Shown here one piece after another: positions 18,477-28,547 of a DNA stretch of 64,000 nt; the stretch's first letter is position 1; every line of letters begins with the position of its first letter. The stretch comes from Acidimicrobiales bacterium. GTDB lineage: Bacteria; Actinomycetota; Acidimicrobiia; Acidimicrobiales; Aldehydirespiratoraceae. The notes below the pieces were generated by a model. It saw nothing but the letters and a program-made list of their open reading frames with translations. It was not told the origin of the DNA and searched no databases. The stretch lies in NCBI GenBank assembly GCA_029246685.1, contig JAQWMR010000004.1, forward strand, positions 84,841 through 148,840. Reading direction: 5' to 3'. Made by a program: the position numbers and the translations under genes.

Positions 18477-19511
18477 ATGAAGATCAGCACCACAATCGCC
18501 CTGAGCGGTGACCCGCAGAAGCTTGCGGGACGAGCTCGAGACCTCGAGTCGGCCGGCGTCGACCTGATGTGGGGCGCCGAGATCTACGGCTACGACCTCG
18601 TCTCCGTCCTCGGATTCCTGGCCGGTCAGACCGAACACGCCCAACTCATGACGGGGATCATCCCGCTCTACTCGCGCAGCCCGGCCCTGATCGCCCAGAC
18701 GGCCGCGACCCTCGACGCGCTGTCGAACGGTCGGTTCGTCCTCGGCCTCGGCTCCTCGGGTCCGCAGGTGATCGAGGGGTGGCACGGTGTGCCCTTCGAG
18801 AAGCCGATGGGCCGCACTCGCGACACCATCGAGATCTGCCGCAAGGTGTGGAGCGGCGACAAGGTCGAGCACGACGGCCCGACCTACACGCTCCCGCTGG
18901 CCGACGGCGGCACCGGGCTCGGCAAGCCGATCAAGTTCATGGAGAAGAAGCCCGAGCGCGACATCCCGATCGGTATCGCATCGATCGGCCCGAAGAACGT
19001 GGAGCTCACAGCCGAAGTCGCCGACCTCTGGCAGACGATCCATTTCGTGCCGGACCGATTCCAGCAGGTCTGGGGCGATTCGCTTGCCGCCGGCACCGCC
19101 AAGCGTTCGCCGGATCTCGCGCCACTGCAGATCATGGCGGGCAGCACCGTGGCGATCGGCCCCGGCGATCACATCCAAGAGGCGCGCGACATGCACCGCG
19201 GCACCATCGGGTTCTACGTCGGTGGCATGGGTGCGAAGTCGAAGAACTTCTACAACGACCTCTTCAAGCGCTACGGCTGGGAGCAGGAGGCCGAAGAGAT
19301 CCAAGACCTCTTCCTCTCCGGCAAGCGCATGGAGGCGATGGGCGCGGTCCCCGACGAGTACATCGACCTGTCCGCCCTCATCGGCGACGAGGGCTACATC
19401 CGCGAGCGCCTCCAGGTGTTCAAGGGCGTCGGCGTCACCCACCTCAATGTGATGCCGCACGGCCCGGACACGCTCGGCACGATCGAGAAGATCAAGGCCT
19501 GGTCGGAGTAG
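18477..19511 (+). CDS. LLM-class (luciferase-like) F420-dependent oxidoreductase
   Basis: 344 aa; LDALSNGRFVLGLGSSGPQVIEGWHG is typical of LLM-class F420 enzymes; starts 1 nt after the SDR stop. Confidence 0.85.
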   Translation: MKISTTIALSGDPQKLAGRARDLESAGVDLMWGAEIYGYDLVSVLGFLAGQTEHAQLMTGIIPLYSRSPALIAQTAATLDALSNGRFVLGLGSSGPQVIEGWHGVPFEKPMGRTRDTIEICRKVWSGDKVEHDGPTYTLPLADGGTGLGKPIKFMEKKPERDIPIGIASIGPKNVELTAEVADLWQTIHFVPDRFQQVWGDSLAAGTAKRSPDLAPLQIMAGSTVAIGPGDHIQEARDMHRGTIGFYVGGMGAKSKNFYNDLFKRYGWEQEAEEIQDLFLSGKRMEAMGAVPDEYIDLSALIGDEGYIRERLQVFKGVGVTHLNVMPHGPDTLGTIEKIKAWSE

Positions 19512-19517
19512 CGCTCG

Positions 19518-20042
19518 CTACCCGCCTTGCCGGCAGCGGAGATCGGCGAGTTCCTGCGCGTGACGGCGTTCGAACCATGGGGCCAGCAGCGGCAGGTACT
19601 CGTGCTGGATCTCCGGTGGAAGGGTGAAGAAGCTGTACCCGGTTGTGCCTCGACATCGGGCAGCCCCGCAATTGCATGCCCGGCTGTCTCCGCCGCTGTT
19701 GTTGATCAGGTAGTCGACCTGGATCTCGTCGCCGGGCGGAATCGGCCGACGAGCGATGATCTCGGTCGCGTCGTCGTGGCGTTCCCAGGCACGGGGATCG
19801 CAGCTGTGGTTGTAGTAGCGGTCCGGGATGCCGTAGAGCACAACACGGCCGTCGGGATAGGCGCAGTGTTCCGGGCGCTCACCCGCCTCGGTGCGAAGCG
19901 GCTCGGCGTCGGTGATCTCGCGCAGGACGTTGACCGACCGGATCAGCTCACCTTCGTTGAATTGCCGGGCCGCGAACACGCCGAGGCCTTCGCTGCCTGA
20001 CGCGAGGACCTGCACGTCGTTGTCTTCGTATTCGTCGTCCAC
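19518..20042 (-). CDS. SET-domain protein (putative protein-lysine methyltransferase)
   Basis: YYNHSCDP core motif, EIQVDY, and a post-SET-like CNCGAARCRG. Confidence 0.8.
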   Translation of the reverse strand: MDDEYEDNDVQVLASGSEGLGVFAARQFNEGELIRSVNVLREITDAEPLRTEAGERPEHCAYPDGRVVLYGIPDRYYNHSCDPRAWERHDDATEIIARRPIPPGDEIQVDYLINNSGGDSRACNCGAARCRGTTGYSFFTLPPEIQHEYLPLLAPWFERRHAQELADLRCRQGG

Positions 20043-20109
20043 GGGCCGATGATCGCAGGCCGGAGCCGAGGATACGGCGGCCGAAGGCGGTCCGCACCAG
20101 ACTCTTCCG

Positions 20110-21171
20110 GTGAGCGTCTACCTCGTCCACGGACTCACGCGGTCGTACTTCACCCGCAAAGTGACCGGCTATCTCGACTACACCGATCGGCCGTGGCGGC
20201 TCGAGTCGGGGCTCATGGAGCACACCGCCGCAACCGAGGCGGGCTGGAACGGCGAAATCCCGGTCGTCGCGGATCCGGATGGCGTACCGATGTGGGACTC
20301 CACCGGGATCATCGAGCATCTGGACACGCACAGCGGCGAGGACCTGTCCGTCCTTCCGCCAGATCCAACGCTGCGGTTCCTCGCCTACCTACTCGACGAC
20401 TTCTCCGACGAGTGGTTCTATCGTCCTGCGGTCGGAAGCCGCTGGAGCTACCCGGACAACACGGTGGCCGCCGGCTGGCAGATCGCAGAGGAGTTGTCGG
20501 TCGCCGTCGGATTCCCGGGCGCGACGGTTCGGGAGATGGCTGTCCCCACGATGCAGGCGAGCCTCATCCGGCTCGGGGTGACCGCGGACAACATCGACTC
20601 GTGGATGGACGAAGTTCTCGTGCCGTGGTTGACGGCAGTTGACACCCACATCGGCGACGGAGGCTATCTCCTCGGCGACCGTCCGAGCATCGCTGACTTC
20701 GCGGTCTTCGGCGCCAACGTCGCCCGCTTCGTCGGCGACCCGTACTGCCGGGCGCTCGTGGACGAACATGGGCCCCGCGTGACCGCCCACACGCATCGGC
20801 TCATGCGTCCCCAACAACAGACCTTCGGGTCATGGATCGACGGCGATATGCCGGACTCGCTGATCGCCGTCGTGGCCGAGGCGGGCCGGCACTATCTGCC
20901 GTGGGTCGCCGAGGCAACGGTAGAAGGGTCGGCCACGTTCGAATTCGACAGCGGCGCAACCGCCGAGATCGAGTCCACCCCGTTCCTCGACCCCGCGCGA
21001 GGTGTCATGCTCGCCCGCTACGTCGATGCGCGGTCATCTGAGCTCGACGCCGTCCTCCAACGAGCCGGCGTGCTGCAGTGGTTCGCCGACTACGTCGACC
21101 AGGCGACAATCGTCCCCGACGCATCGGGCCCGGCGCAGCCCCAGGACAACCGCCCCTGCGCCGTCAACTAG
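20110..21171 (+). CDS. GST N-terminal-domain-containing protein
   Basis: Thioredoxin-like N-domain (IPVVADPDGVPMWDSTGIIEHL) followed by a long helical C-region; 353 aa. Confidence 0.65.
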   Translation: MSVYLVHGLTRSYFTRKVTGYLDYTDRPWRLESGLMEHTAATEAGWNGEIPVVADPDGVPMWDSTGIIEHLDTHSGEDLSVLPPDPTLRFLAYLLDDFSDEWFYRPAVGSRWSYPDNTVAAGWQIAEELSVAVGFPGATVREMAVPTMQASLIRLGVTADNIDSWMDEVLVPWLTAVDTHIGDGGYLLGDRPSIADFAVFGANVARFVGDPYCRALVDEHGPRVTAHTHRLMRPQQQTFGSWIDGDMPDSLIAVVAEAGRHYLPWVAEATVEGSATFEFDSGATAEIESTPFLDPARGVMLARYVDARSSELDAVLQRAGVLQWFADYVDQATIVPDASGPAQPQDNRPCAVN

Positions 21172-21229
21172 CGCCAGCCTCATCGACTGCCTACCCCCGA
21201 ACCCCACCAGAAGGAGTGATTGGTGGGGT

Positions 21230-22162
21230 TCAGGTGCCGGCGAGTTCGGCAACGACCGGGCGTAGGGCTTCGACTGTCTCCATGCTCTGCACGATGATGT
21301 AGCTGAAGCCCCACCGTTCGCGGCGCTCGCGCAAGTGGTCGGCGATCTGGTCGGTCGAGCCGATGAGGAGAATCGGGGTCTGGCCGACGGTCTCTGCGTC
21401 CATTCCGAACATCGCGCCCGTGCCATCGAGAGCGGCCTGGCGATCGTCGGTGATCTGGGTCGACATGACGAGGCAGTTCAGCTCGATGTCGTCCATGCGG
21501 TCGCCTGCAGCCGCGCGAACCCACTCGAGTTTCTCGTCGAACTTCTCAGGACTGAGGTCGTCGACCGCGTCGGGACCGACCTCACCGGCCCGGAGATTCG
21601 CGGTCACGCCGACGATGTCGGCTTGCTGGGCGGCGATGGTCAGCATGCGTTTGCCGCCGCCGCCGATGAGCAGAGGAGGCGGTGACTGGATCGGCTTCGG
21701 AAGACCGTTCATCGCAGTGATCGTGTAGTGCTCGCCCGCGAAGTTCACCGGATCCGGACCCATGAGTCCGCGGATGATCTCGATCGCCTCCACCATCCGT
21801 TCGATGCGGAGCCCCGGGCGCTCGTAGTCCATGCCGGCCGCGATGTAGTCGGTTCGCATCCATCCGGCGCCGATGCCGAACTCCATTCGGCCGCTCGAGA
21901 GCACGTCGACGCTCGCCATCTCCTTGGCGAGGATCACCGGGTGGCGGTAGTCGTTGCCGAAGACGAGTGCTCCGACTCGGAGGTCTGTGGTCGCCTCGGC
22001 GGCAACGGCGAGGGCAGGGCCCACCGCAAGCTGGTCCTCGAAGTGGTCGGGCATGACGAGTGTGGAGAAGCCTGCGTCCTCGACCCTCCGTGCGGTCTCG
22101 GCCCACGAGAGGCCAGATTCGGGGTGAACGATCTGGACGCCGAAGCGGAACGGTCGAGTCAT
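21230..22162 (-). CDS. LLM-class F420-dependent oxidoreductase
   Basis: MTRPFRFGVQ..., MEFGIGAGW, PPLLIGGGGKRML; AGGAG RBS before ATG 22162. Confidence 0.85.
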   Translation of the reverse strand: MTRPFRFGVQIVHPESGLSWAETARRVEDAGFSTLVMPDHFEDQLAVGPALAVAAEATTDLRVGALVFGNDYRHPVILAKEMASVDVLSSGRMEFGIGAGWMRTDYIAAGMDYERPGLRIERMVEAIEIIRGLMGPDPVNFAGEHYTITAMNGLPKPIQSPPPLLIGGGGKRMLTIAAQQADIVGVTANLRAGEVGPDAVDDLSPEKFDEKLEWVRAAAGDRMDDIELNCLVMSTQITDDRQAALDGTGAMFGMDAETVGQTPILLIGSTDQIADHLRERRERWGFSYIIVQSMETVEALRPVVAELAGT

Positions 22163-22612
22163 GAGTACTCCTGCCGGAGGCTGTTGAGAGCCGGACGCGG
22201 AGCCTAGACGGATCGGCTCACGGCCACGCTTGGGGCCCTCGGCGTGGCAACGATCCCGCGAGATGTGTCACCATCGGTGGTTTGCTGGCCACGTAAAGCG
22301 ATGCGGGGAGCCGTGCGGTGAAATCTCGGTCATTGCCCGCCTTGACGCGGAGACACGCAGTGGAACTCGGTCTCGCGTTGGCCCTCGTCGAGCCCGCCCT
22401 GCTTATACGCCGACTTCCGATCGAATGATCACCGGGATCGCCGTTGCCCTGGTCGCGGTCCTTGTCACGGCGGGGTCGGGCATTCGTCCACTCCGCGAGC
22501 CGCTCAGCTACACGCATGTGGGCACGCGGTCAGCGAACGAGTTCATTGCCGACGTCACCGGCCCGCGCGATGCGACCCTCGTGACGTGGAACAGATCGCC
22601 GTCGGCGTGTAG

Positions 22613-24370
22613 TCAGGCCCTGACGACCCGGGCACCGGGCATATCGCCCGCATCGCGCCAGCGTTCGAGGTAGCCCGCGTAGTGCAGGAGGCTGCCGGGG
22701 TAGACGAGGTTGCGCGCTCCCTTGCCGGAGGTGGCGCCCTCGCTGTTGTAGTAGCCGGGGATGCATGTGGCGGAGTAGTGAGCGAGCCCGATCGCCACTT
22801 CGTACAGCGTGGCGAGCCACTCCTCCTCGGCCTCCGGCGTCGCCTCGATGGTGGCGATGTCTTCGTCGAGGCAGGTACGAATCACCGAGGCGACATGGAT
22901 CGCCGATTGTGACAGGAAGTGGACGAAGTTGGTGCCGAAACCCGCTTGCACGGTGCTCATTACGAGCATGTTGGGGAACTCGGCGGTGAAGATTCCGTGA
23001 AGTGTGTGCGCACCGTCTTGCCAGCGCTCGGAGAGCCGAACACCGCCGCGGCCGGCCGGGTCGAAACCGAGCCGTTGCGCGAGTGGCGTGGTGACTTCGA
23101 AGCCCGAGGCGAAGATCAGCAAATCGACCGGGTACTCCACGCCGTCCACGATCGGCCCCCGCGAACCGATCTCGCGCACACCGGCGCCGTCGGTGTCGAC
23201 GAGGTGGACATTCGGTCGGTTGAACGCGGGCAGGTAGTCGTCGTGGAAACAGACGCGCTTGCAGTGCTTGCCGTACCAGGGCTTCAGCTTCTCGGCGGTC
23301 TCCGGGTCGTCGATCTCCTCGTCGACTCGCTTGCGCAGCGCAGCCATCGTCTCCATGTCGGACTGTTCGAGCTCGGCCCGATGCTCGGGGCTCGTCGTGG
23401 TCTGATTCGTGGCCTCCCACAGCACCTCGGTCCAGCCGTCGCCGACGAGATCCTGCAGCGGCTTCTCGCCCGTGACCGCCTGGGTGAAGTTGCGCATCCG
23501 CTCGTCCTGCCAACCGGGCTCGAGCGTGCGGTACCACGCCTCGTCAGTCGGGCCGTTGTTGCGAACGCCGACGGCCGACGGGGTGCGCTGGAAGACGTAG
23601 ACGTCCTTGGCCGCTCGACCGAGTTGGGGGACGACCTGGATGGCCGTCGCTCCGGTGCCGATGATGCCGACGCGCTTGTCGTCGAGCTTGTCCATCGGCT
23701 CACGGGGTGCGCCGCCGGTGAAGTCGTAGTCCCAGCGCGCCGTGTGGAATGTGCGGCCCGCATAGTCCTGGATGCCGGGAATGCCGGGAAGTTTCGCTTT
23801 GTGGAGGATGCCGCCCGCGGTGACGAAGAACCGACTCGTCAGCGAGTCCCCGCGCGAGGTGGTGACCGTCCACCGTTGGGATTTGTCGTCCCACGTTGCG
23901 TCGTCGATGTCGGTCTGGAACAGGGCGTGGGGATACAGGTCGAAATGGTTCCCGATCCGTTGGCAGTGTTCGAAGATCTCCGGCGCGCTCGCGTACTTCT
24001 CGGTGGGCATGTAGCCGGTCTCTTCGAGGAGTGGCATGTAGGTGTAGGACTCGACGTCGCACATGCAGCCCGGGTAGCGGTTCCAGTACCAGGTACCGCC
24101 GAAGTCGCCGCCCTTCTCGATGATGTGGAAGTCGCAGATGCCGCGGCGGGTCAGCTCGACCGCCGCCAACATGCCGGCGAAGCCGCCGCCGACGATGACG
24201 ACCGTGACGTCCTTCGTGATCGCGTCACGGGTGAACCCGGGCTCGACCCAGGGGTCGATGTCGAAGTCCTCGAACTGACCGGTCAGGTCGACGTACTGGG
24301 CGAGTCCGTCGTCACGCAGACGCTTCTGGCGCTCGCGTTCGTACCGCTCCCGGATCTCGTCTTCGTGCAT
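22613..24370 (-). CDS. Baeyer-Villiger (flavin-containing) monooxygenase
   Basis: [26 protein letters not shown] fingerprint [12 protein letters not shown], second Rossmann motif GIIGTGATA. Confidence 0.9.
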   Translation of the reverse strand: MHEDEIRERYERERQKRLRDDGLAQYVDLTGQFEDFDIDPWVEPGFTRDAITKDVTVVIVGGGFAGMLAAVELTRRGICDFHIIEKGGDFGGTWYWNRYPGCMCDVESYTYMPLLEETGYMPTEKYASAPEIFEHCQRIGNHFDLYPHALFQTDIDDATWDDKSQRWTVTTSRGDSLTSRFFVTAGGILHKAKLPGIPGIQDYAGRTFHTARWDYDFTGGAPREPMDKLDDKRVGIIGTGATAIQVVPQLGRAAKDVYVFQRTPSAVGVRNNGPTDEAWYRTLEPGWQDERMRNFTQAVTGEKPLQDLVGDGWTEVLWEATNQTTTSPEHRAELEQSDMETMAALRKRVDEEIDDPETAEKLKPWYGKHCKRVCFHDDYLPAFNRPNVHLVDTDGAGVREIGSRGPIVDGVEYPVDLLIFASGFEVTTPLAQRLGFDPAGRGGVRLSERWQDGAHTLHGIFTAEFPNMLVMSTVQAGFGTNFVHFLSQSAIHVASVIRTCLDEDIATIEATPEAEEEWLATLYEVAIGLAHYSATCIPGYYNSEGATSGKGARNLVYPGSLLHYAGYLERWRDAGDMPGARVVRA

Positions 24371-24376
24371 GTGGCG

Positions 24377-25806
24377 TCAGTTTGCCCGATCTCGGGCCCA
24401 CTCGATGTGTCCGCGGAGGCGATCGAGCGACTGCTCCCACCACTGGACCGGAACGGACTCGGTGTGGGTGTCCGCCTCCAGCGCCACCGCGTCGGCGATC
24501 TGAGCGGACCACTCGTCGAGAAGCGCGTTCACGTTCTCTTCGGAGAAGGGCCCAGCGAGGAACTCGTCGACCTTGGCATCTATCTCGCTCTCGAACGACG
24601 CGAACGCATACAGGATCGGATCGCATACCGAGGGGACCTGCGGAATCATGAAACCTTGCGGTTGGCAGTCGTTGCTGATCTCGCCGAAGGGATCGCTCAG
24701 CGGAGTGACGGGATTCGCCGGTGATATGAGATTGGCGAACGCGTGGTCGAGATCCCACGGGATCAGGTGCATCGTTGCCCGAGACGGGTCCTCGTACCAG
24801 TAGTAGTTGTGCGGCGAACACATGTCGGCGCTACCACCCTCGAAGCAGTAGACGTGGAAGGCGCCGTCGTCGTTCGCGATCGTGCGATCCACGGCGACAT
24901 ACGCGGCGACCTCGTCGACGGACATCCATCGTCGGAGTGTGTCGGCTCGGTCGTCTTCGTCGGCGGCCGCCATGGCCGCGCCGAAGGCCTGGATCTGATC
25001 GAACGTCGGGTCCTCGTCCTCGTTCGTCTTCAGCCCCGCGAAAGCCGCTTCCTCGGTGACGGCCTCACCGGCGAAGACCGGCCACACCTCCTTGTAGAGG
25101 TTGCCGCCGCCCTCGTCCCAGTTCTGGCGGTTGAAGCGGCCGTCGATCTGCTCGATGAGCGCGAAGACGCCGACCTCTTCGCCGTTGATCACCAGGCGAG
25201 CGTGGACGGCGCTCGGCGCAGCGATGCCCATCTCTCGATACATGTGATAGCCGAGGCGCTCGTGCATCATGCTCTGGTCGTTGCTCATCGCATGGAACTG
25301 GAGTTTCCTGACGTCGTAGAAGGTCTGGTCCTGGCCGTCCCAGTTGACCTTCACCTTCATCGAGAGCTTCCGGCAGGTCTTCTCGCCTCTGAGGTCGCTC
25401 AGGTCGCCGAAGCTCACATCGGAGACGCACGAAAAGAACGCGCGATGGAGCCCTTGTAGCGGATGCCGACCCGGTCGAGCGTCTCACCGTTGAATGTGAG
25501 GCTGCCCTCCATGTACTCCTCGTCGGTGGGGTCTGCGTCGAGGAACGCGAGGTTTTCCTCGGAGAGCGTGAGTTCGTAGGTGTGCAGCTGCTCCTAGTCG
25601 AAGAGGAACGACGAGTCGCCGTTGCGCCATGCTGCGTCGCCGTCCGGGGCAGGCTCCGTGTTGGTCGGGGCGGGGTCGTCGCCCGCCGAGGTCGTCGTCG
25701 GGTCGGTCGCGGTGGTGTCGTCCACCGGCGACGCGTCCTCGGCGCAGGCCGCCGCCACGAGCGCGAGCGCGACCAGGGCCGCGAGGAAATGGGGGAGGCG
25801 TCTCAT
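24377..25806 (-). pseudogene. CotH-kinase-family lipoprotein gene disrupted by an in-frame TAG and a frameshift
   Basis: Signal/lipobox MRRLPHFLAALVALALVAAAC from ATG 25806; ...SSFLFD then TAG (25596..25594); EQLHTYELTLSEEN...GIRYKGSI then a frame change near 25438-25446; AFFSCVSDVSFGDL... continues into track ORF 24377..25417, which carries CotH motifs (HNYYWYED, IPWDLDHAF). Confidence 0.8.
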
Positions 25807-25856
25807 CGTCCGTCGAACGTGCTCGCTGGGCGGCCCTTCACCAGATCGTGCCGGTG

Positions 25857-27383
25857 TCACGGGCGGTACTGGTCGCGCAACTGGTGGCGGTAGAGCTTGC
25901 CGTTGTCGAGCCGCGGCAGGGCCTCGGTCACGTGAACGGTGGTCGGGCATTTGAACGCGGCCAGACGCTCGTGGCACCACTCGATGAGCGCGTCCTCGCC
26001 GGCGAGATCGTCCAGTTCGACCACCGCGGCGACAGATTCTCCCCATTCGGAGTCCGGGACGCCGATCACCCCCGCATCGCGGACGGCGGGATGGGCGAGC
26101 AGTGCGGCCTCGATCTCTGCTGGGTAGATGTTCACCCCGCCGCGAAGGATCAGTTCGGCGTTGCGGTCGGTGACGAAGAGCCAACCGTCGTCGTCGATGT
26201 ACCCGATGTCGCCGACGGAGGCGTAGCCGTCGCCCCGCTTCGAGGCTGCGGTCTTCGCGTCGTCCTTGAAGTAGGAGAACGTGGCGGTGTCGTCGTGGCG
26301 GAAACAGATCTCGCCCACCTCGCCCGGCGGACATGTGTGCCCCTCGTCGTCGAGGATCCGGACGTGGTCCGGGTGCGGTGGCCGGCCGACCGTTCCTGGT
26401 CTGGCCAGCCAGTCCTCGCTGTTGCACGAGGATCCGGATCCCTCCGTCGCAGCGAAGTACTCCCACACGACCGGGCCGAACCAGTCGATGACCGCGAACT
26501 TGGTCTCAACCGGACACGGCGCCGCGCCGTGAAGAACGAACTCGAGCGACGAGACGTCGGCCTGCTCCCGCACCTCGGCGGGAAGCCGCAGAAGGCGGTG
26601 GAACATCGTCGGCACCATGTGGGTGTGGGTGACGCGATAGCGTTCGATCAGCTCCAGCGCCGTTGCCGCATCCCATCGGTCCATCATCACCACGCCGACA
26701 CCGCTCGAGAGCGGGACGGTGAGGCTCAGGCCGTGCGGCCCGCCGTGATACAGCGGGCCGGTGCAGAGGTGGCGTTGGCCGAGTCCGGCGCCGTAGCCGG
26801 GAGCGGTCGTGAGGGCCTCGAGTCCCGTCGAGTAGTTCGGTGGGCGCACGACCCCCTTCGGTCGGCCGGTCGTGCCGGAGGTGTAGAGCATCCGGGAGCC
26901 GGGCTGTGGGTCGTCGATCAGATCCTCGGACTCATCAGCGATGACGGCGTCGTAGTCCTCGTAGCCCTCGATCGGCCCGCCGACGGCGATCGCGATGTCC
27001 ACGGCCGGCGCTCGTGCCGGTACGACGGCAAGCGTTCCCGCGATGTGCGCGTCGCCGATCACCGCCCGCGCCTCGCAGTCGTTGACGATGTAGGCGATCT
27101 CATCGGCGACGAGATGCCAGTTGATCGGTGTGTAGCGCACGCCCGCGCGGACACAGGCGAACACGATCTCCGCGTACTCGACGCGGTTCGTGCAGACGAC
27201 GGCGAGCGAGTCGCCCGCCCTCATGCCGAGCGCTCGCAGTCCATGCGCGAGGCGATTGATGTTCGCCTCGAGTTCGGCGAACGTCCGGTTGCCGCTCGGC
27301 GAGATGATCGCGGCTTCGTCCGGTTGCTGCTCGGCCCAGTGCGCAAGCACGGCGCCGCGCGCCGTGAGCCAGTCGCGATTCAT
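25857..27383 (-). CDS. AMP-dependent acyl-CoA synthetase/ligase
   Basis: AMP-binding motif LYTSGTTGRPKGV, GDIGYIDDDGW, C-terminal DNGKLYR. Confidence 0.9.
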   Translation of the reverse strand: MNRDWLTARGAVLAHWAEQQPDEAAIISPSGNRTFAELEANINRLAHGLRALGMRAGDSLAVVCTNRVEYAEIVFACVRAGVRYTPINWHLVADEIAYIVNDCEARAVIGDAHIAGTLAVVPARAPAVDIAIAVGGPIEGYEDYDAVIADESEDLIDDPQPGSRMLYTSGTTGRPKGVVRPPNYSTGLEALTTAPGYGAGLGQRHLCTGPLYHGGPHGLSLTVPLSSGVGVVMMDRWDAATALELIERYRVTHTHMVPTMFHRLLRLPAEVREQADVSSLEFVLHGAAPCPVETKFAVIDWFGPVVWEYFAATEGSGSSCNSEDWLARPGTVGRPPHPDHVRILDDEGHTCPPGEVGEICFRHDDTATFSYFKDDAKTAASKRGDGYASVGDIGYIDDDGWLFVTDRNAELILRGGVNIYPAEIEAALLAHPAVRDAGVIGVPDSEWGESVAAVVELDDLAGEDALIEWCHERLAAFKCPTTVHVTEALPRLDNGKLYRHQLRDQYRP

Positions 27384-27454
27384 GGGAGCCGACGGTAGAC
27401 CGTGACGCGACGGGCGACCGAATGGGCCCGGCGCGGTGTCCTACAGTGCGCGCC

Positions 27455-27763
27455 ATGGGCGAACAGGCGGCGCAACATCGACGTCGGGTGATGGTGTTCG
27501 GTATCGGCATGGTGGTCGTCGTGCTGGCCGTTGTGGTCGCTGTCGGCCTGGTTGCAGCCCTCGATGACGGGTCTGCGGATGACTCCATCAGCGATGAGGA
27601 GCGGGCGCGCCGCGATCCTGGCCGTTGTTCGGCTCCTGATCGCGACGGCGTGTACGTACGCGTTGTTCACGGTGATCCGAGAGACTGGTGCCTCTACATC
27701 GACCTCGAAAACGGACGGATCGTGAACCCCGGCGAGGCGGTGTTCGCCGTACCCGTGGAGTGA
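27455..27763 (+). CDS. Membrane-anchored hypothetical protein
   Basis: Basic N-terminus, one TM helix (VMVFGIGMVVVVLAVVVAVGLVAAL), an acidic linker and a small C-terminal domain; high GC3. Confidence 0.5.
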   Translation: MGEQAAQHRRRVMVFGIGMVVVVLAVVVAVGLVAALDDGSADDSISDEERARRDPGRCSAPDRDGVYVRVVHGDPRDWCLYIDLENGRIVNPGEAVFAVPVE

Positions 27764-27782
27764 CGTCCGCGGTCGGGCCGCT

Positions 27783-28547
27783 TCACATCATCGCGAACTT
27801 CGTCGCTCGCACAGACAGACACGACGTGACGCGGCGAAGACCCAGTCGACCAGCGGCTCGACGCGCGATTCCCGCCGGTCGCCCGCCGGCGCGCGGTCCG
27901 AGGAGATCGAGGCGCGTCTGATAGCCGCACTCGTCCGGGATCCAGCCGGTGTGCAGGAGAAGCCGGGTGATCTCTTTGGGGGAGTAGCGCCGGAGGTGGT
28001 GCGGCTGGCCGGGTCGGTTCGGGATGTCGGCTCGTCGCCGGCGTCGTCGTTCGTCGATCGAGAGACGGTTCGGCAGGAAGGTGATCACCAACTGGACTCC
28101 GACCGCGCTCACTCGATTGAGTTCCTTGAGGCTCTCGTAGCCCATCGGAACGTGTTCGAGCACGCCTGCGGCGACGATGAAGTCGAAGCTGTCGGCTTCG
28201 TAGGGGATCTCGACCTGGTCGCGGAGCTGGCGGTATTCGATCGAGCTGGCCTTGTGAAAGAGCCCGAAGGTCGCTGGGTCATCGACCTCGGCGGCGTGGA
28301 GTTCGACGCCGTCTCCGTGTTCATGGCGAATGAAGTAGGCGTCCGGTGCGTGACGGCAACCCCAGTCGAGCACCCGACCCGTGTCGGGAACGTGCGGTGA
28401 GCACCACGAGAACACCTGCTCCGCCGCGGTGATGAAGGCGTCGTTCGTGTGGGACTCGACGTACACGTCGTGGGGATTCGCGTCGAGGTACTCCTGGCTG
28501 AGTGCGAGAAAGCCGTCGATTCGTTCTCGTCGGCGGTCGTCGGTCAT
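27783..28547 (-). CDS. Class I SAM-dependent methyltransferase
   Basis: VLDWGCRH (motif I), FDFIVAAGVLEHV; ATGA overlap with the upstream gene's stop. Confidence 0.8.
   Translation of the reverse strand: MTDDRRRERIDGFLALSQEYLDANPHDVYVESHTNDAFITAAEQVFSWCSPHVPDTGRVLDWGCRHAPDAYFIRHEHGDGVELHAAEVDDPATFGLFHKASSIEYRQLRDQVEIPYEADSFDFIVAAGVLEHVPMGYESLKELNRVSAVGVQLVITFLPNRLSIDERRRRRRADIPNRPGQPHHLRRYSPKEITRLLLHTGWIPDECGYQTRLDLLGPRAGGRPAGIARRAAGRLGLRRVTSCLSVRATKFAMM

Noticed and set aside
22280-22400. Cobalamin-riboswitch-like fragments (GGTGAAATCTC ... CCCGCC ... GGAGAC) in the 450-nt gap between the BVMO stop and the LLM start
   Set aside because: There is only loose similarity to the conserved core. 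No convincing B12 box (AGYCMGGAGACCKGCC) is present. The orientation (plus) faces no B12-related gene. It cannot be supported without a covariance-model search.
22425-22673. Plus-strand 83-codon ORF (MITGIAVALVAVLVTAGSG...) with a TM-like N-terminus and high GC3
   Set aside because: It shares third codon positions with the frame of the convergent BVMO gene and overlaps that gene's 3' end by 60 nt. No motif is recognisable. The evidence is insufficient to call a CDS.
22919-24724. Very long antisense or alternative-frame ORFs in the track (e.g. 22919..24724 +, 28502..30412 +, 25629..27398 +, 10989..12626 +, 15063..16904 -, 46773..48038 -, 41960..43405 +)
   Set aside because: These are typical shadow ORFs of high-GC DNA. 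Their translations are Arg/Ala/Gly/Pro-rich with no motifs, and each lies opposite or overlapping a gene with clear family signatures. Only part of 15063..16904 is real, as the N-terminal half of the frameshifted PhyH gene.
25594-25596. Stop-codon reassignment or pyrrolysine as an explanation for the in-frame TAGs (25596..25594, 35792..35790), the TAA (10604..10602) and the TGA (43275..43273)
   Set aside because: TAG, TAA and TGA all terminate intact, full-length genes in this window (e.g. TAG at 6470, 19511 and 41636; TAA at 60192; many TGA). No pyl genes were seen. The interrupted positions are variable or Arg positions rather than catalytic sites. Only the UGSC TGA has a recoding context.
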